Positions 38,737-47,590 of a DNA stretch of 64,000 nucleotides are shown in pieces. Numbering within the stretch: the first letter of the stretch is position 1; every line of letters begins with the position of its first letter. Made by a program: the position numbers and the translations under genes. Below the pieces are notes generated by a model. It made no database searches. It saw nothing but the letters and a program-made list of their open reading frames with translations, and had not been told where the DNA came from. This DNA comes from a virus (Duplodnaviria; Caudoviricetes): the IMG/VR virus record IMGVR_UViG_3300022305_000561; one strand, written 5' to 3'.

Positions 38737-38913
38737 TCATTCATTAGGTTCGTATCCATAGTTATTATAGATTGCCATGAACTCATCATTATCAAACTTT
38801 GCTTCAGGATAATCATCATAATAATCCTCAAGTTGTTCATCAGTGAAGGTATCTAAATCATACTCTTCATACTCATTCATTGGCATATCAGTATAAGGTA
38901 TTTTTGTTTTCAT
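38737..38913 (-). CDS. Highly acidic 58-aa early protein
   Basis: First ORF after promoter 38946-38974, with GAGA..ATG; 18 D/E versus 3 K. Confidence 0.6.
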   Translation of the reverse strand: MKTKIPYTDMPMNEYEEYDLDTFTDEQLEDYYDDYPEAKFDNDEFMAIYNNYGYEPNE

Positions 38914-39048
38914 AATATATTCTCTCTTTATTTAAATTATGAGTTATTATAATATGAATAGAACAAGAAGTAAAGCTTTATTTTAATTTATTTTCATATG
39001 GGTGTTTACACTTACTAATTTTAATAAATACAATCATAGGAGATAAAA

Positions 39049-39330
39049 ATGAATGAATTTTTTAAGATTGTAGCGGACCTCGGATTCCCAATATCAGCAG
39101 CATTGGCCGCAGGTTATTTTGTATCCATAATGTTGAAGTTTATTTTAGCAGGAGTAACAAGTTCTGTTAAGGGAATGGCTGGTATCATTACTGCATTAGA
39201 CAATAGGGTTAAGACTATGAATGCTGATATCATACGGATTGATACTCTAGTAAGTTCAGCTCTTGGTTTGAGACCCGATCTTGATAGAATAGGTAGAGCA
39301 AATGGAAAAGAAGATTGTAGGAGGGATTAG
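39049..39330 (+). CDS. Small membrane protein, paralogue 1
   Basis: GFPI.A hydrophobic helix, LD.RV..M..D.IR coiled coil; SD AGGAG. Confidence 0.7.
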   Translation: MNEFFKIVADLGFPISAALAAGYFVSIMLKFILAGVTSSVKGMAGIITALDNRVKTMNADIIRIDTLVSSALGLRPDLDRIGRANGKEDCRRD

Positions 39331-39650
39331 TGGATAATATTGCAGAGTTAGTATCAAAATATGGATTTCCTATCATTGCTGCGGGTGGTATGGGATATCT
39401 GGTGTATTCGGTTTGGGTGTGGGCAACCGTAGAGATAAAACCAGTAATATCAGAAACCAGTACTGTATTGATAGCACTCATAGACAGAATACGGATGCTT
39501 GATCAGGATAACATTAGGCTTCAACAAAAGGTAACAACAGTATTACATCTTCGTGGTAAAACAATTGAAAGGGAAAGAGTTCATGCCGAACTACTAATAA
39601 ACAAGGAACACCATGAAAATAATGATACTAATAGCTCTGTCCCTGATTAG
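39330..39650 (+). CDS. Small membrane protein, paralogue 2
   Basis: GFPIIAA helix, LIDRIRMLDQDNIRL. Confidence 0.7.
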   Translation: MDNIAELVSKYGFPIIAAGGMGYLVYSVWVWATVEIKPVISETSTVLIALIDRIRMLDQDNIRLQQKVTTVLHLRGKTIERERVHAELLINKEHHENNDTNSSVPD

Positions 39651-40140
39651 CAGCAATATATTTGCATCGGAAATAAACCAACAATTCAAAGATCCAGCTT
39701 TTAGTGGTATTGGTTGGTCGTCACATATGTTTACTGTATATCAAACCACTCAAGCAGCAAAACAATCCATAGTAAATACACAAGCATCAAATGTAGCAAT
39801 TGCTTCTTCAGCAGCATCCAATACTCCTGCAGCAAAATTTATGAACTTGTTCCAATCACAAATATACTCACAGTTAGCAACCCAACTAAGCAATAGTTTG
39901 TTCTCTACTTGCACCACAGCGGCTGGAGCAGCAATTTCTGGATGTACACCAAATCAATATAATGGTCATATGGTTATTGATGTCAGCACAGGCACTTCAT
40001 TAGATTGGCAGAAATTGGATGCATCGGGTAATACCGTGTCAGCTACAAATGGATTAACTGCCACTCAAGTTCAACTCAACATCAACGGAACTAGGACAAA
40101 TACATCTGTTACTGTACCCATAGCATCGTTTGCATTCTGA
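39613..40140 (+). CDS. csgF: Curli assembly CsgF-like secreted protein
   Basis: Signal peptide, then SEI...FK.P.F.G (CsgF N-terminal pattern), F...QSQIYSQL...L...LF; precedes csgG. Confidence 0.75.
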   Translation: MKIMILIALSLISSNIFASEINQQFKDPAFSGIGWSSHMFTVYQTTQAAKQSIVNTQASNVAIASSAASNTPAAKFMNLFQSQIYSQLATQLSNSLFSTCTTAAGAAISGCTPNQYNGHMVIDVSTGTSLDWQKLDASGNTVSATNGLTATQVQLNINGTRTNTSVTVPIASFAF

Positions 40141-40928
40141 TGAAAATATTATTACTAACATTAGTGTTATTAGCTGGTTGTTCTGCTATCCGCCCATTAG
40201 AACAGGTTGGCACTAGAACAGAATCTAGAATAACAAAATCCTCGGCAGAACAGTTTGATAAAGTCCCTCATTTAGATGGATCTCCCTTAGCAGTAGCAGT
40301 ATATTCATTTACAGATAAAACGGGTCAAAGGAAACCATCAACAACATTGTCACTATTCTCGACTGCAGTATCTCAAGGAGTAGATGCTTATGTTATTAAA
40401 GCTTTAAAAGATATTGATAATGGTCAATGGTTTAGAGTAGTTGAACGAGGTGGTATTGATAATCTTATTAAAGAGCGTCAAATTATAAAGCAAACACGAG
40501 ATCTTTATGGTGATAAGACAGAATTGTCCCCTCTAGTTTATGCGGGATTGATACTTGAGGGTGGAATAATTGGCTATGATAGTAATACAAGAACAGGCGG
40601 TTCTGGTGTAGTTGCTTTTGGTATTGGACCTTATACCCAATATAGTCAGGATCAAGTAATTATCAACATGAGATTAGTATCTGTACAAAATGGAGAAGTC
40701 ATTGCATCCGTTACTGTAGAAAAGAATATCTTATCTACTGGTGATGGCATAACAGGAATGACATTTTACAATTTAGGCACAAGATCATTTGAAGTAGACA
40801 TCAGTCAAACATATAACGAACCAGGACAATATGCTGTTAGGAATGCGGTTGAGACTGGTATTATAGAATTGTTATATGAAGGAGAAAGAAAACATCTTTG
40901 GAAATTCAAACAGGAAGTTAAAAAATGA
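40140..40928 (+). CDS. csgG: Curli secretion channel CsgG/HfaB-family lipoprotein
   Basis: Lipobox LAGC; VAVYSF.DKTGQRK, FSTAVSQG, WF.VVER...NL.KERQII, EGGIIGYDSN. Confidence 0.92.
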   Translation: MKILLLTLVLLAGCSAIRPLEQVGTRTESRITKSSAEQFDKVPHLDGSPLAVAVYSFTDKTGQRKPSTTLSLFSTAVSQGVDAYVIKALKDIDNGQWFRVVERGGIDNLIKERQIIKQTRDLYGDKTELSPLVYAGLILEGGIIGYDSNTRTGGSGVVAFGIGPYTQYSQDQVIINMRLVSVQNGEVIASVTVEKNILSTGDGITGMTFYNLGTRSFEVDISQTYNEPGQYAVRNAVETGIIELLYEGERKHLWKFKQEVKK

Positions 40929-41698
40929 AATATTTTGCAGCATTAATAATATTTTGGTTAATGGTTTTATTCACTTTTGATAGTCAATCAGCAGACCCAA
41001 CCCCAGTATTACCACCAAATCCAGTAATACCAACAATGCCGACAAATACCCCTAATGTGACAGCAGCAGCATTAGAATCTACAACAAATAAGGTATTCAT
41101 TGATCAGGCTGGCGCTACCCCGAATATCAATATCACTCAAACAGGCACTGCGAATAAATTAGGCTCGTCTGAGTTGTTACCTTTTATATTCCGTGGCAAT
41201 TTACATACGTTTGTTAGTATTCAAACTGGACTCAGCAATACCCTTACTGGCAGCATCTATGGTGATACTGTAGGTATAACAACCACAATACAACAAATCG
41301 GCAATAGTAATCTTGTAAATTTCAATTGTGGTAAAGGTACAGATGCTAGTTGTGGTGGTTCAACATTTAATTGGCATTTCTCTGGCAACTCCAACACATT
41401 ATATTACAATGGTGGTGGTGCTAATCAAAACTCCGCTATCAATTCTGATGGTAACAATAACTCATTTAATTTCTTAATACAAGCACCTAATGCTGCACAA
41501 AACATACAATTAGTTGGCAGCACAAACACATTTAACTTAACTCAAACTGGTGGCGGTGCTGCAGGAAATTCGTTTGCTGTTAATTTGATAGGTTCAGGCA
41601 ATACATTTAACGCATCACAAACAGGCGCTATTGATAATGTCATATCAATAAAATCCTCAGGAAGCAATGGGACTTATAATATAACACAAAAACCCTAA
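40925..41698 (+). CDS. Curlin-repeat (CsgA/CsgB-like) secreted protein
   Basis: Signal peptide, Pro-rich linker, repeated N-x3-I-x-Q-x-G-x2-N units rich in G/N/Q/S. Confidence 0.75.
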   Translation: MKYFAALIIFWLMVLFTFDSQSADPTPVLPPNPVIPTMPTNTPNVTAAALESTTNKVFIDQAGATPNINITQTGTANKLGSSELLPFIFRGNLHTFVSIQTGLSNTLTGSIYGDTVGITTTIQQIGNSNLVNFNCGKGTDASCGGSTFNWHFSGNSNTLYYNGGGANQNSAINSDGNNNSFNFLIQAPNAAQNIQLVGSTNTFNLTQTGGGAAGNSFAVNLIGSGNTFNASQTGAIDNVISIKSSGSNGTYNITQKP

Positions 41699-42783
41699 TG
41701 AAATTCTTGATTCTATTCTTTATGTGTGCTAATGCCTTTGCTGGTATTGGTACCATTACTGAACAAGAGGGTCAAGTTAATATCAAAAGAGGTAATGGAA
41801 ATCTAGTTGGTACAAAAGGCACATCACTTGAAATGCTCGATACCATTATAACAAACAAGAACAAGTCTGGCATAACATTTAACGATGATACAACGGTAAA
41901 TGTTACCGAAAACAGTAAACTTGAAATTGACGATTTTGTATATGATCCAAACTCAAAAGGCACTGGTAAGTTAGCATTAAAAGTTGCATTGGGTACTGTT
42001 AGGTATGCTTCTGGTAAGGTTGCTCACGAGAACCCCAACAGCGTGAAGATTAATACACCAACAGCCACTATTGCTGTGCGTGGTACAGATTTTGTAATGG
42101 CAGTGGATGAAATAGGGCGATCTATTATTGTATTGATGCCTCAGTGTGATGATATCGAAAATGAGGCTTGCAAGACTGGGTCAATAGAAATTATAACACC
42201 AGCAGGTTCGGTGGTTATGAATAAACCCTATCAAGCAACTCTAGTAGAATCTAGAGGTGATGCACCACCAATGCCAACTATTATCAAGTTTGATTCGAGC
42301 AAGGTTGGTAATAATATGATGGTAACTGTCCCAAAAACTGAGGGTGGTGTATCATTGATTAACAAATCAAGGGATGCAGTAAAAGCTTCACAGAAGTCAA
42401 AACAAGATAAGAGTTCTGATAAGAACAGTACCCATACAACTGGTGTTATTGGAGTTACCTCAGAACAAGAGGCACAAATATCACAAGATATAGGTGGTAT
42501 AGGTTCTATTAAACAAACAACAGAAAAGCTTATCCCATCAGTACAGAAGTCTGACGCTGAGTTGATGGGCGAGAGTTCTCGTGTTACTCCAGTGTATACA
42601 AAAGTAGTTCAAACTGGATGGCAATATTATAATCATACGGAAACAGATAGACAACAAGCAACTATAGTAATGGAAAAATCAACACTTGTTCAGATAGTTG
42701 TAATACAAGATATGATACAAGATACATTCCAATTTGCTAATAAGCCACAGGGGTTTATTACAATACGTCAAAACCAGAAATGA
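41698..42783 (+). CDS. FecR-domain periplasmic protein
   Basis: Signal peptide; IG.ITE..G, ITF.DDT...V.ENS.L.IDDFVYDP, I.TPTATIAVRGTDF. Confidence 0.85.
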   Translation: MKFLILFFMCANAFAGIGTITEQEGQVNIKRGNGNLVGTKGTSLEMLDTIITNKNKSGITFNDDTTVNVTENSKLEIDDFVYDPNSKGTGKLALKVALGTVRYASGKVAHENPNSVKINTPTATIAVRGTDFVMAVDEIGRSIIVLMPQCDDIENEACKTGSIEIITPAGSVVMNKPYQATLVESRGDAPPMPTIIKFDSSKVGNNMMVTVPKTEGGVSLINKSRDAVKASQKSKQDKSSDKNSTHTTGVIGVTSEQEAQISQDIGGIGSIKQTTEKLIPSVQKSDAELMGESSRVTPVYTKVVQTGWQYYNHTETDRQQATIVMEKSTLVQIVVIQDMIQDTFQFANKPQGFITIRQNQK

Positions 42784-42793
42784 GGATATTAAG

Positions 42794-43084
42794 ATGGCAG
42801 TAACAAAAACAACAGTTGTAGAGAAAGATATGGAAAAGGAAGATTTTATGACATCAAAATGGCGACCAATGATGGCTATATCATATATGGCCATTTGTCT
42901 ATTTGATTTTATGGTTGGTCCAATTCTTTATAATATACTCCAGTATATGAATCCTGGTCAACACTTAGATATGTGGCAAGCAGTTACATTACAGGGTGGT
43001 GGCTTGTATCATTTATCAATGGGTGCCATCATTGGTATTACTGCTTTTGGTAGAACTAAAGAGAAGTTAGCAGAACAAGCATAA
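42794..43084 (+). CDS. Holin-like membrane protein (3TM/GTA-holin-like)
   Basis: KWRPMMA..Y...C.FDF, W...TLQGGGL.H..MGAI.G.TAFGRT.EK. Confidence 0.65.
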   Translation: MAVTKTTVVEKDMEKEDFMTSKWRPMMAISYMAICLFDFMVGPILYNILQYMNPGQHLDMWQAVTLQGGGLYHLSMGAIIGITAFGRTKEKLAEQA

Positions 43085-43121
43085 ATGTATTAAATACGAA
43101 ACATTATTCAATTAAAACCGT

Positions 43122-43304
43122 TTAATGTTTCGTACACCAAGGTTTATCATTTCCTACCCAATCTTGAATATGTACACTCCAACACATCAATTTATTATAA
43201 GTTGGGTATAACCACTCACAATCAAGATAATCCATTAGGTAACTAACCCAGTCTCCAAGTATATATAATACCTCGCTCAAAATTCTTGCAAATATTTTTT
43301 TCAT
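43122..43304 (-). CDS. Hypothetical Trp-rich small protein
   Basis: ORF track; follows cyclase C-terminal part. Confidence 0.5.
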   Translation of the reverse strand: MKKIFARILSEVLYILGDWVSYLMDYLDCEWLYPTYNKLMCWSVHIQDWVGNDKPWCTKH

Positions 43305-43310
43305 AATATC

Positions 43311-43622
43311 CTACTTGCTTGTTGCCACAAATGTTCCATTCCAGTCTCTGGGCAGTTTCTTACTAAGTTCATAATCAGCAATTCGTTGTATCATCATATC
43401 ATAATAGTAATCTAACTCACCATCAAACGAACCTTTCAATGCTTCACATTCTAACGCAGCAGTTGTCCATTCTTGTCGGTTGTAATGCCATAACATCTTA
43501 TCGTGTATATTATCTCGCATCTCTTTAGCCAGAACCAAATTCTTAGGTTCTAATACTGTATAGATGTCTACACCTTCAGTTTTTCCTTTTACGGAAATCG
43601 TATCTAACTTTATTTCAAACAT
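43311..43622 (-). CDS. Adenylate cyclase C-terminal fragment (KGK motif + TPR-like helix)
   Basis: LDTISVKGKTEGVDIYT...Y..Q.W..A...P.DWNG.F.ATSK; own SD GAGGT. Confidence 0.85.
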   Translation of the reverse strand: MFEIKLDTISVKGKTEGVDIYTVLEPKNLVLAKEMRDNIHDKMLWHYNRQEWTTAALECEALKGSFDGELDYYYDMMIQRIADYELSKKLPRDWNGTFVATSK

Positions 43623-43666
43623 TGATTACCTCTTAGGTGTTGACCAAAGGCATTTATTGATATACC

Positions 43667-43765
43667 CTACGACAACATATACAATAAATAAATAGTCAAG
43701 CTGATACTCCGTTATAGTTTTAGAATAGGTGGGATGTAGGAATCCGCGACCTATAACTATTTATA
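43667..43765 (-). mobile_element. Remnant of a homing-endonuclease cassette (late promoter, structured leader, 10-codon stub) inside the cyclase gene
   Basis: 28-nt identity TATTCTAAAACTATAACGGAGTATCAGC with the 29528 leader, followed by TTGACTATTTAT (ATGACTATTTAT in copy A). Confidence 0.8.
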
Positions 43766-45512
43766 TAAATTCAGATCTCAACTTATCTATTGTATTTTTA
43801 CTTAATATTAATGATACACCATAATTTTTTGTTTGTCCCTCAAGTCTAGCAGCAAGATTAACTTCATCGCCTAGTATATCATAACTGAACCTATCTTTAG
43901 ACCCCATATTACCAACAAATACCGTTCCTGTACTGAGACCTGCTCCAACTTGTAAAGGTGGTTTACCTTCAGCAACCAATTCAATATTCAATTCTGCTAA
44001 TGCAACTTCCATTTCTTTTGCTGCCTTTAATGATTTAGTTGCCTGATTATCTACATCCAATGGGGCACCCCACCAAGCCATTATTGCATCGCCTATCAGC
44101 TTACCCACAGTACCATCATTATTCATTATTATTGGAAGCATCCTATCCATATATCTTGTAATAAGATTCGTCAATCCTTGAGGGTCAGTTTTATAATGTT
44201 CTGAAATAGTTGTAAATGACCTGATATCTGAAAAGTATATCGTCAGTTCTTTAGAATCTCCACCTAACTTCAACAGTTCTGGATTCTTCTGTAACTTTTC
44301 TACATAGTCAGGACTTAAGTATGTTCCAAACTGTTTCTTTATCTGGAGTTTTGCTTTAAGTTCTGTTAGGAATAAGGTGGCATATGTGTGTCCAAATACC
44401 GTTCCCACAGCGAGAATAGGTATTGTGATATCAAGAAGATAGTGGAAAGTATTAAATATACTGCTAGAGATAGGATAAAAAGAAAGTAAAATGCCACCGA
44501 TAATAAAGATTCCATACTTGACCCTTGCTATTAAGATTGATAAAATGCTAAGTATGACCATAGCAAGTATTTCTGCACCAGTACTCCAATCAGGTCTTGA
44601 TATATTAGTACCTGTTGTTAATGTATTTAGAACGGATGCTTGAAGATGATGTGGAAAGACAGAGCCGTTAGCAGTGGCGACTGGGTTGTTGAGTCCTCTT
44701 GCAGATAATCCAACAATGACGATACTGGAGTTAAAGGACTCTGGAAGGTGGCTTGCTGAATATTCTGTAAATGTTGCTGGCTTAACCCATATCCTACCGA
44801 TACTGTCTGTTTGAATCTTTCCGAACTTTGGGATTCTGACGGCTTCAATAGAATCATCATTGACTTTGACTTGAAAGGAAGGGTCTCCTGAAGCGACCCG
44901 CAATGTTTCAAGACTGATACTGGGGTACAATAGTCCGTTGGAATTGACCACCATTGGGATTCTTCGGGTAACGCCATCAATTTCTGGGAGTGTATTAACA
45001 ACACCAACACCAGCAGCAGTATCATTAAACTCTTGTATGTTTGGCTGAATGTTACCATATTTCACTCCGATAGATTTAGCATCACCACCAATAACGGATA
45101 CGCCTGGACGAAATGCTGCATACTTATCTGAAAAATATGAATCGTCTATTGCTGTTTGTGGTAGAACTACTGGATATTCTTTTAATGTGTTAGTAAAATT
45201 ATTGTCGTATCCTGCTCTATCCACATCTAGAAGAAAAATATTAAAAACAACCAAGCCAGCGTTGAGATCATAAAGGTTTTTAATAAGAGCTGAATATTCG
45301 TTGCGAGGAAAAGGAAATTGACCTTTTTGAGAAATTGTTTCATCATCTATGTTCACCAATACTATGTCTGAATGTTGTATATCTTGTGTAAGAAGAGTAT
45401 CAAAATATCTTAATCTGATACTCTCTACAAAAGTTGGGTCTAATACCCTTATCCCTACAATAAGTGATAATGTAATTAATGCACACCAGCGGGATAAGAG
45501 TATTTTTTTCAT
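43761..45512 (-). CDS. CHASE2-domain class III adenylate cyclase, N-terminal and main catalytic part
   Basis: IV.V.IDD..I...GQ.PFPR, DGV.RR.P (CHASE2); TM helices; FSDIRSFT, K.IGDAIM, GNMGS..RF.Y...GD.VNLAARLE. Confidence 0.92.
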   Translation of the reverse strand: MKKILLSRWCALITLSLIVGIRVLDPTFVESIRLRYFDTLLTQDIQHSDIVLVNIDDETISQKGQFPFPRNEYSALIKNLYDLNAGLVVFNIFLLDVDRAGYDNNFTNTLKEYPVVLPQTAIDDSYFSDKYAAFRPGVSVIGGDAKSIGVKYGNIQPNIQEFNDTAAGVGVVNTLPEIDGVTRRIPMVVNSNGLLYPSISLETLRVASGDPSFQVKVNDDSIEAVRIPKFGKIQTDSIGRIWVKPATFTEYSASHLPESFNSSIVIVGLSARGLNNPVATANGSVFPHHLQASVLNTLTTGTNISRPDWSTGAEILAMVILSILSILIARVKYGIFIIGGILLSFYPISSSIFNTFHYLLDITIPILAVGTVFGHTYATLFLTELKAKLQIKKQFGTYLSPDYVEKLQKNPELLKLGGDSKELTIYFSDIRSFTTISEHYKTDPQGLTNLITRYMDRMLPIIMNNDGTVGKLIGDAIMAWWGAPLDVDNQATKSLKAAKEMEVALAELNIELVAEGKPPLQVGAGLSTGTVFVGNMGSKDRFSYDILGDEVNLAARLEGQTKNYGVSLILSKNTIDKLRSEFI

Positions 45513-45514
45513 AT

Positions 45515-46291
45515 TTAGAACAAGTCCGAAAAGAAGTTTCCAATTGAATCTAGCCAGTCATCGTCTTTCTCAACCGCCTGTTCATCTGGAATTGCTACTT
45601 CTTCAACAACAATAGCAGCAATAGCAGCAGCTACGACTGGTGCAACAACAACAACAACTGGTACAGGTTTGGAGAATACATCTTCATCAATAAGACCTAA
45701 AGCAATATCATAATGATGTTGTCTATCTTTCAAACCAACAGTACCACCATTGATTTTCTTTGTTAATGTAGTAAAGTCACTTGAATCGGCATATTGATTC
45801 AGTTTAGTATTCTTCCAGAAGAATGCACCAGATACTACAGCACCTTCCAAGGTTTCACAGAATGCAACAGTTTCATCTAATGATTTACCAATTGCTTTTG
45901 CTAATGCTTGATAGTTACATTTACCCGTGGTTTGAATACAACCACGACCACGGAATTTGAACCCATCACCAGATGCTTCAGAACCATTACCCATTCTATC
46001 ACAGTAGACTTTATTTGCAATCTTTTCTGGGTTTCTGTTATATGGTGCAGCCATCGCAGCAGAGGTGAACCTTTTTGGCCACACTGAGCAAAGACCAGCA
46101 GCAGAATAGTTCAAGTTCTCTTTCAATGCAGTAAACTGAGCAGACTCGTGGCTAGTTTGAGCTAAGAATGCTGCAACCCTTTTACGAGTGTTGATTTCAT
46201 ATTCTGGTAATACTTTGTTTAGAACTTCAAGTAACACTTCAGGTTGTTTGTTGTTTGGACAAATCTTCTTCAGTTGTTCAAGGGTTAGCAT
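45515..46291 (-). CDS. GH19-family endolysin
   Basis: AAFLAQTSHES..F..L.ENLNYS, RMGNG....GDG.KFRGRG.IQ.TGK.NY, TKKINGG..GL.DR. Confidence 0.9.
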   Translation of the reverse strand: MLTLEQLKKICPNNKQPEVLLEVLNKVLPEYEINTRKRVAAFLAQTSHESAQFTALKENLNYSAAGLCSVWPKRFTSAAMAAPYNRNPEKIANKVYCDRMGNGSEASGDGFKFRGRGCIQTTGKCNYQALAKAIGKSLDETVAFCETLEGAVVSGAFFWKNTKLNQYADSSDFTTLTKKINGGTVGLKDRQHHYDIALGLIDEDVFSKPVPVVVVVAPVVAAAIAAIVVEEVAIPDEQAVEKDDDWLDSIGNFFSDLF

Positions 46292-46430
46292 TGTTTCTCC
46301 TATTTAATAGATTGTGTTTTCTTGTGTTTTAAGGACTTCTTTAGTGCTTTCAACCAGAGTATCTTTTCAGCAGCGTCTTGGTCAACAGCCTCTATATCAA
46401 TTTTAAAAGTTATAACACCAATATATTTAT

Positions 46431-46718
46431 TCATATTCCCCACCTAATAAAGCCTATCATCAAAAATACAATTACTAGGCTATAAATGATTATGGCAAAA
46501 TTGTTAAAATAACCTTTAACTTCTAACTCTTGTGCTATTTGATCCACCACCTTAATTTCAGCAAAAGCCGATATGTGTATCATTGCATCGCCTAAATAGC
46601 ACACGCTGTATGCACCATCTATTTGGAATGAGCCTTGATGGTCTAATAAAAAGACCGTGCCAGAGTCATCGTCTGTCAGTGTAAATCGTTTGTTATTGCC
46701 TAGTTCATAAAGTCTCAT
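46431..46718 (-). CDS. Hypothetical protein with C-terminal TM helix
   Basis: ORF track. Confidence 0.55.
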   Translation of the reverse strand: MRLYELGNNKRFTLTDDDSGTVFLLDHQGSFQIDGAYSVCYLGDAMIHISAFAEIKVVDQIAQELEVKGYFNNFAIIIYSLVIVFLMIGFIRWGI

Positions 46719-47131
46719 TTCTTTTTTGCTCCATAGTGGTTTTCTGCAAGTGCAACGCCAGCCCAGTAACTTTCGGCATTAGTCGCATCTTTGTCGGCTC
46801 GAAAGCCTTGTGATATTTCTTTCCCCGTCATCAGCTCACGGGTTGGTGGCGCTCCTTTGTCAGACATCATATCAAAGATGTTGCCCATAGCATCCCCTAC
46901 CATAATGTGTAGATATTCATTCCATGTGTCTTTACTTTTAACCGCAGCAGCGACTTTACTAAGTGTTGTTGTTGCTTCTTTTAAAAATTCCCTATCCAAT
47001 TCAGTTAGATAAGGTTCTTGCTCAGGTTGGTCTAGTGCAGTTTGGATATCCCAATATAAGCTATAGTGGGTTTGTTTCGATACTCTTAGTGCGTCCCGTA
47101 CTCTTTTAAGCAACTCTCTTTCTTTACTCAT
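46715..47131 (-). CDS. Hypothetical protein, MSxERxLL/QPEQEP family
   Basis: MSKERELLK...LDQPEQEP. Confidence 0.6.
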   Translation of the reverse strand: MSKERELLKRVRDALRVSKQTHYSLYWDIQTALDQPEQEPYLTELDREFLKEATTTLSKVAAAVKSKDTWNEYLHIMVGDAMGNIFDMMSDKGAPPTRELMTGKEISQGFRADKDATNAESYWAGVALAENHYGAKKK

Positions 47132-47405
47132 CATTCGCCTCTCTTGCTATAAGCATTGCGTCTGCTAACTCATAAGATTCATCTGCTATAGCTTTGTGAC
47201 TATCACCGCCCGCATAATATCCAGACAAATAACCCTGCATAGCCAAACCTGCAAAGTGGTCGCGTAAAGTTATATGTCTATCTTTAAAAGCTTTGCCGTC
47301 ATGATACCCATCATTATAAATCTCAGATACAAATAGCTGTAAGTTGTTATTAGTTAAACTTGTTATGCCGTACTTTGTAGCTAAAAAGTCTACTTTTTTA
47401 TTCAT
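47124..47405 (-). CDS. Hypothetical protein (TLRD.FA..AMQG...Y..ADAML..R phage motif)
   Basis: Motif common in phage early proteins. Confidence 0.65.
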   Translation of the reverse strand: MNKKVDFLATKYGITSLTNNNLQLFVSEIYNDGYHDGKAFKDRHITLRDHFAGLAMQGYLSGYYAGGDSHKAIADESYELADAMLIAREANDE

Positions 47406-47590
47406 CACGCCCACCTAGCCCAAAATTGGTTTGAATTAATCGCTACTCGTTGTTTGTTGTGACATATCCGTAGTTTCTAACAAAATCATCATATCCTTTA
47501 TTAGCTTTCTTTCCTTACTCATTTTCACACTTCCCAATTACTTAATTTATAAGTTATTATACTACATATTCTGATAAAGTAAAGATATAT

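Noticed and set aside
43623-43760. Self-splicing intron in the cyclase
   Set aside because: About 140 nt is too short, no group I/II core is visible, the insert is explained by the endonuclease leader, and the downstream part has its own SD and ATG
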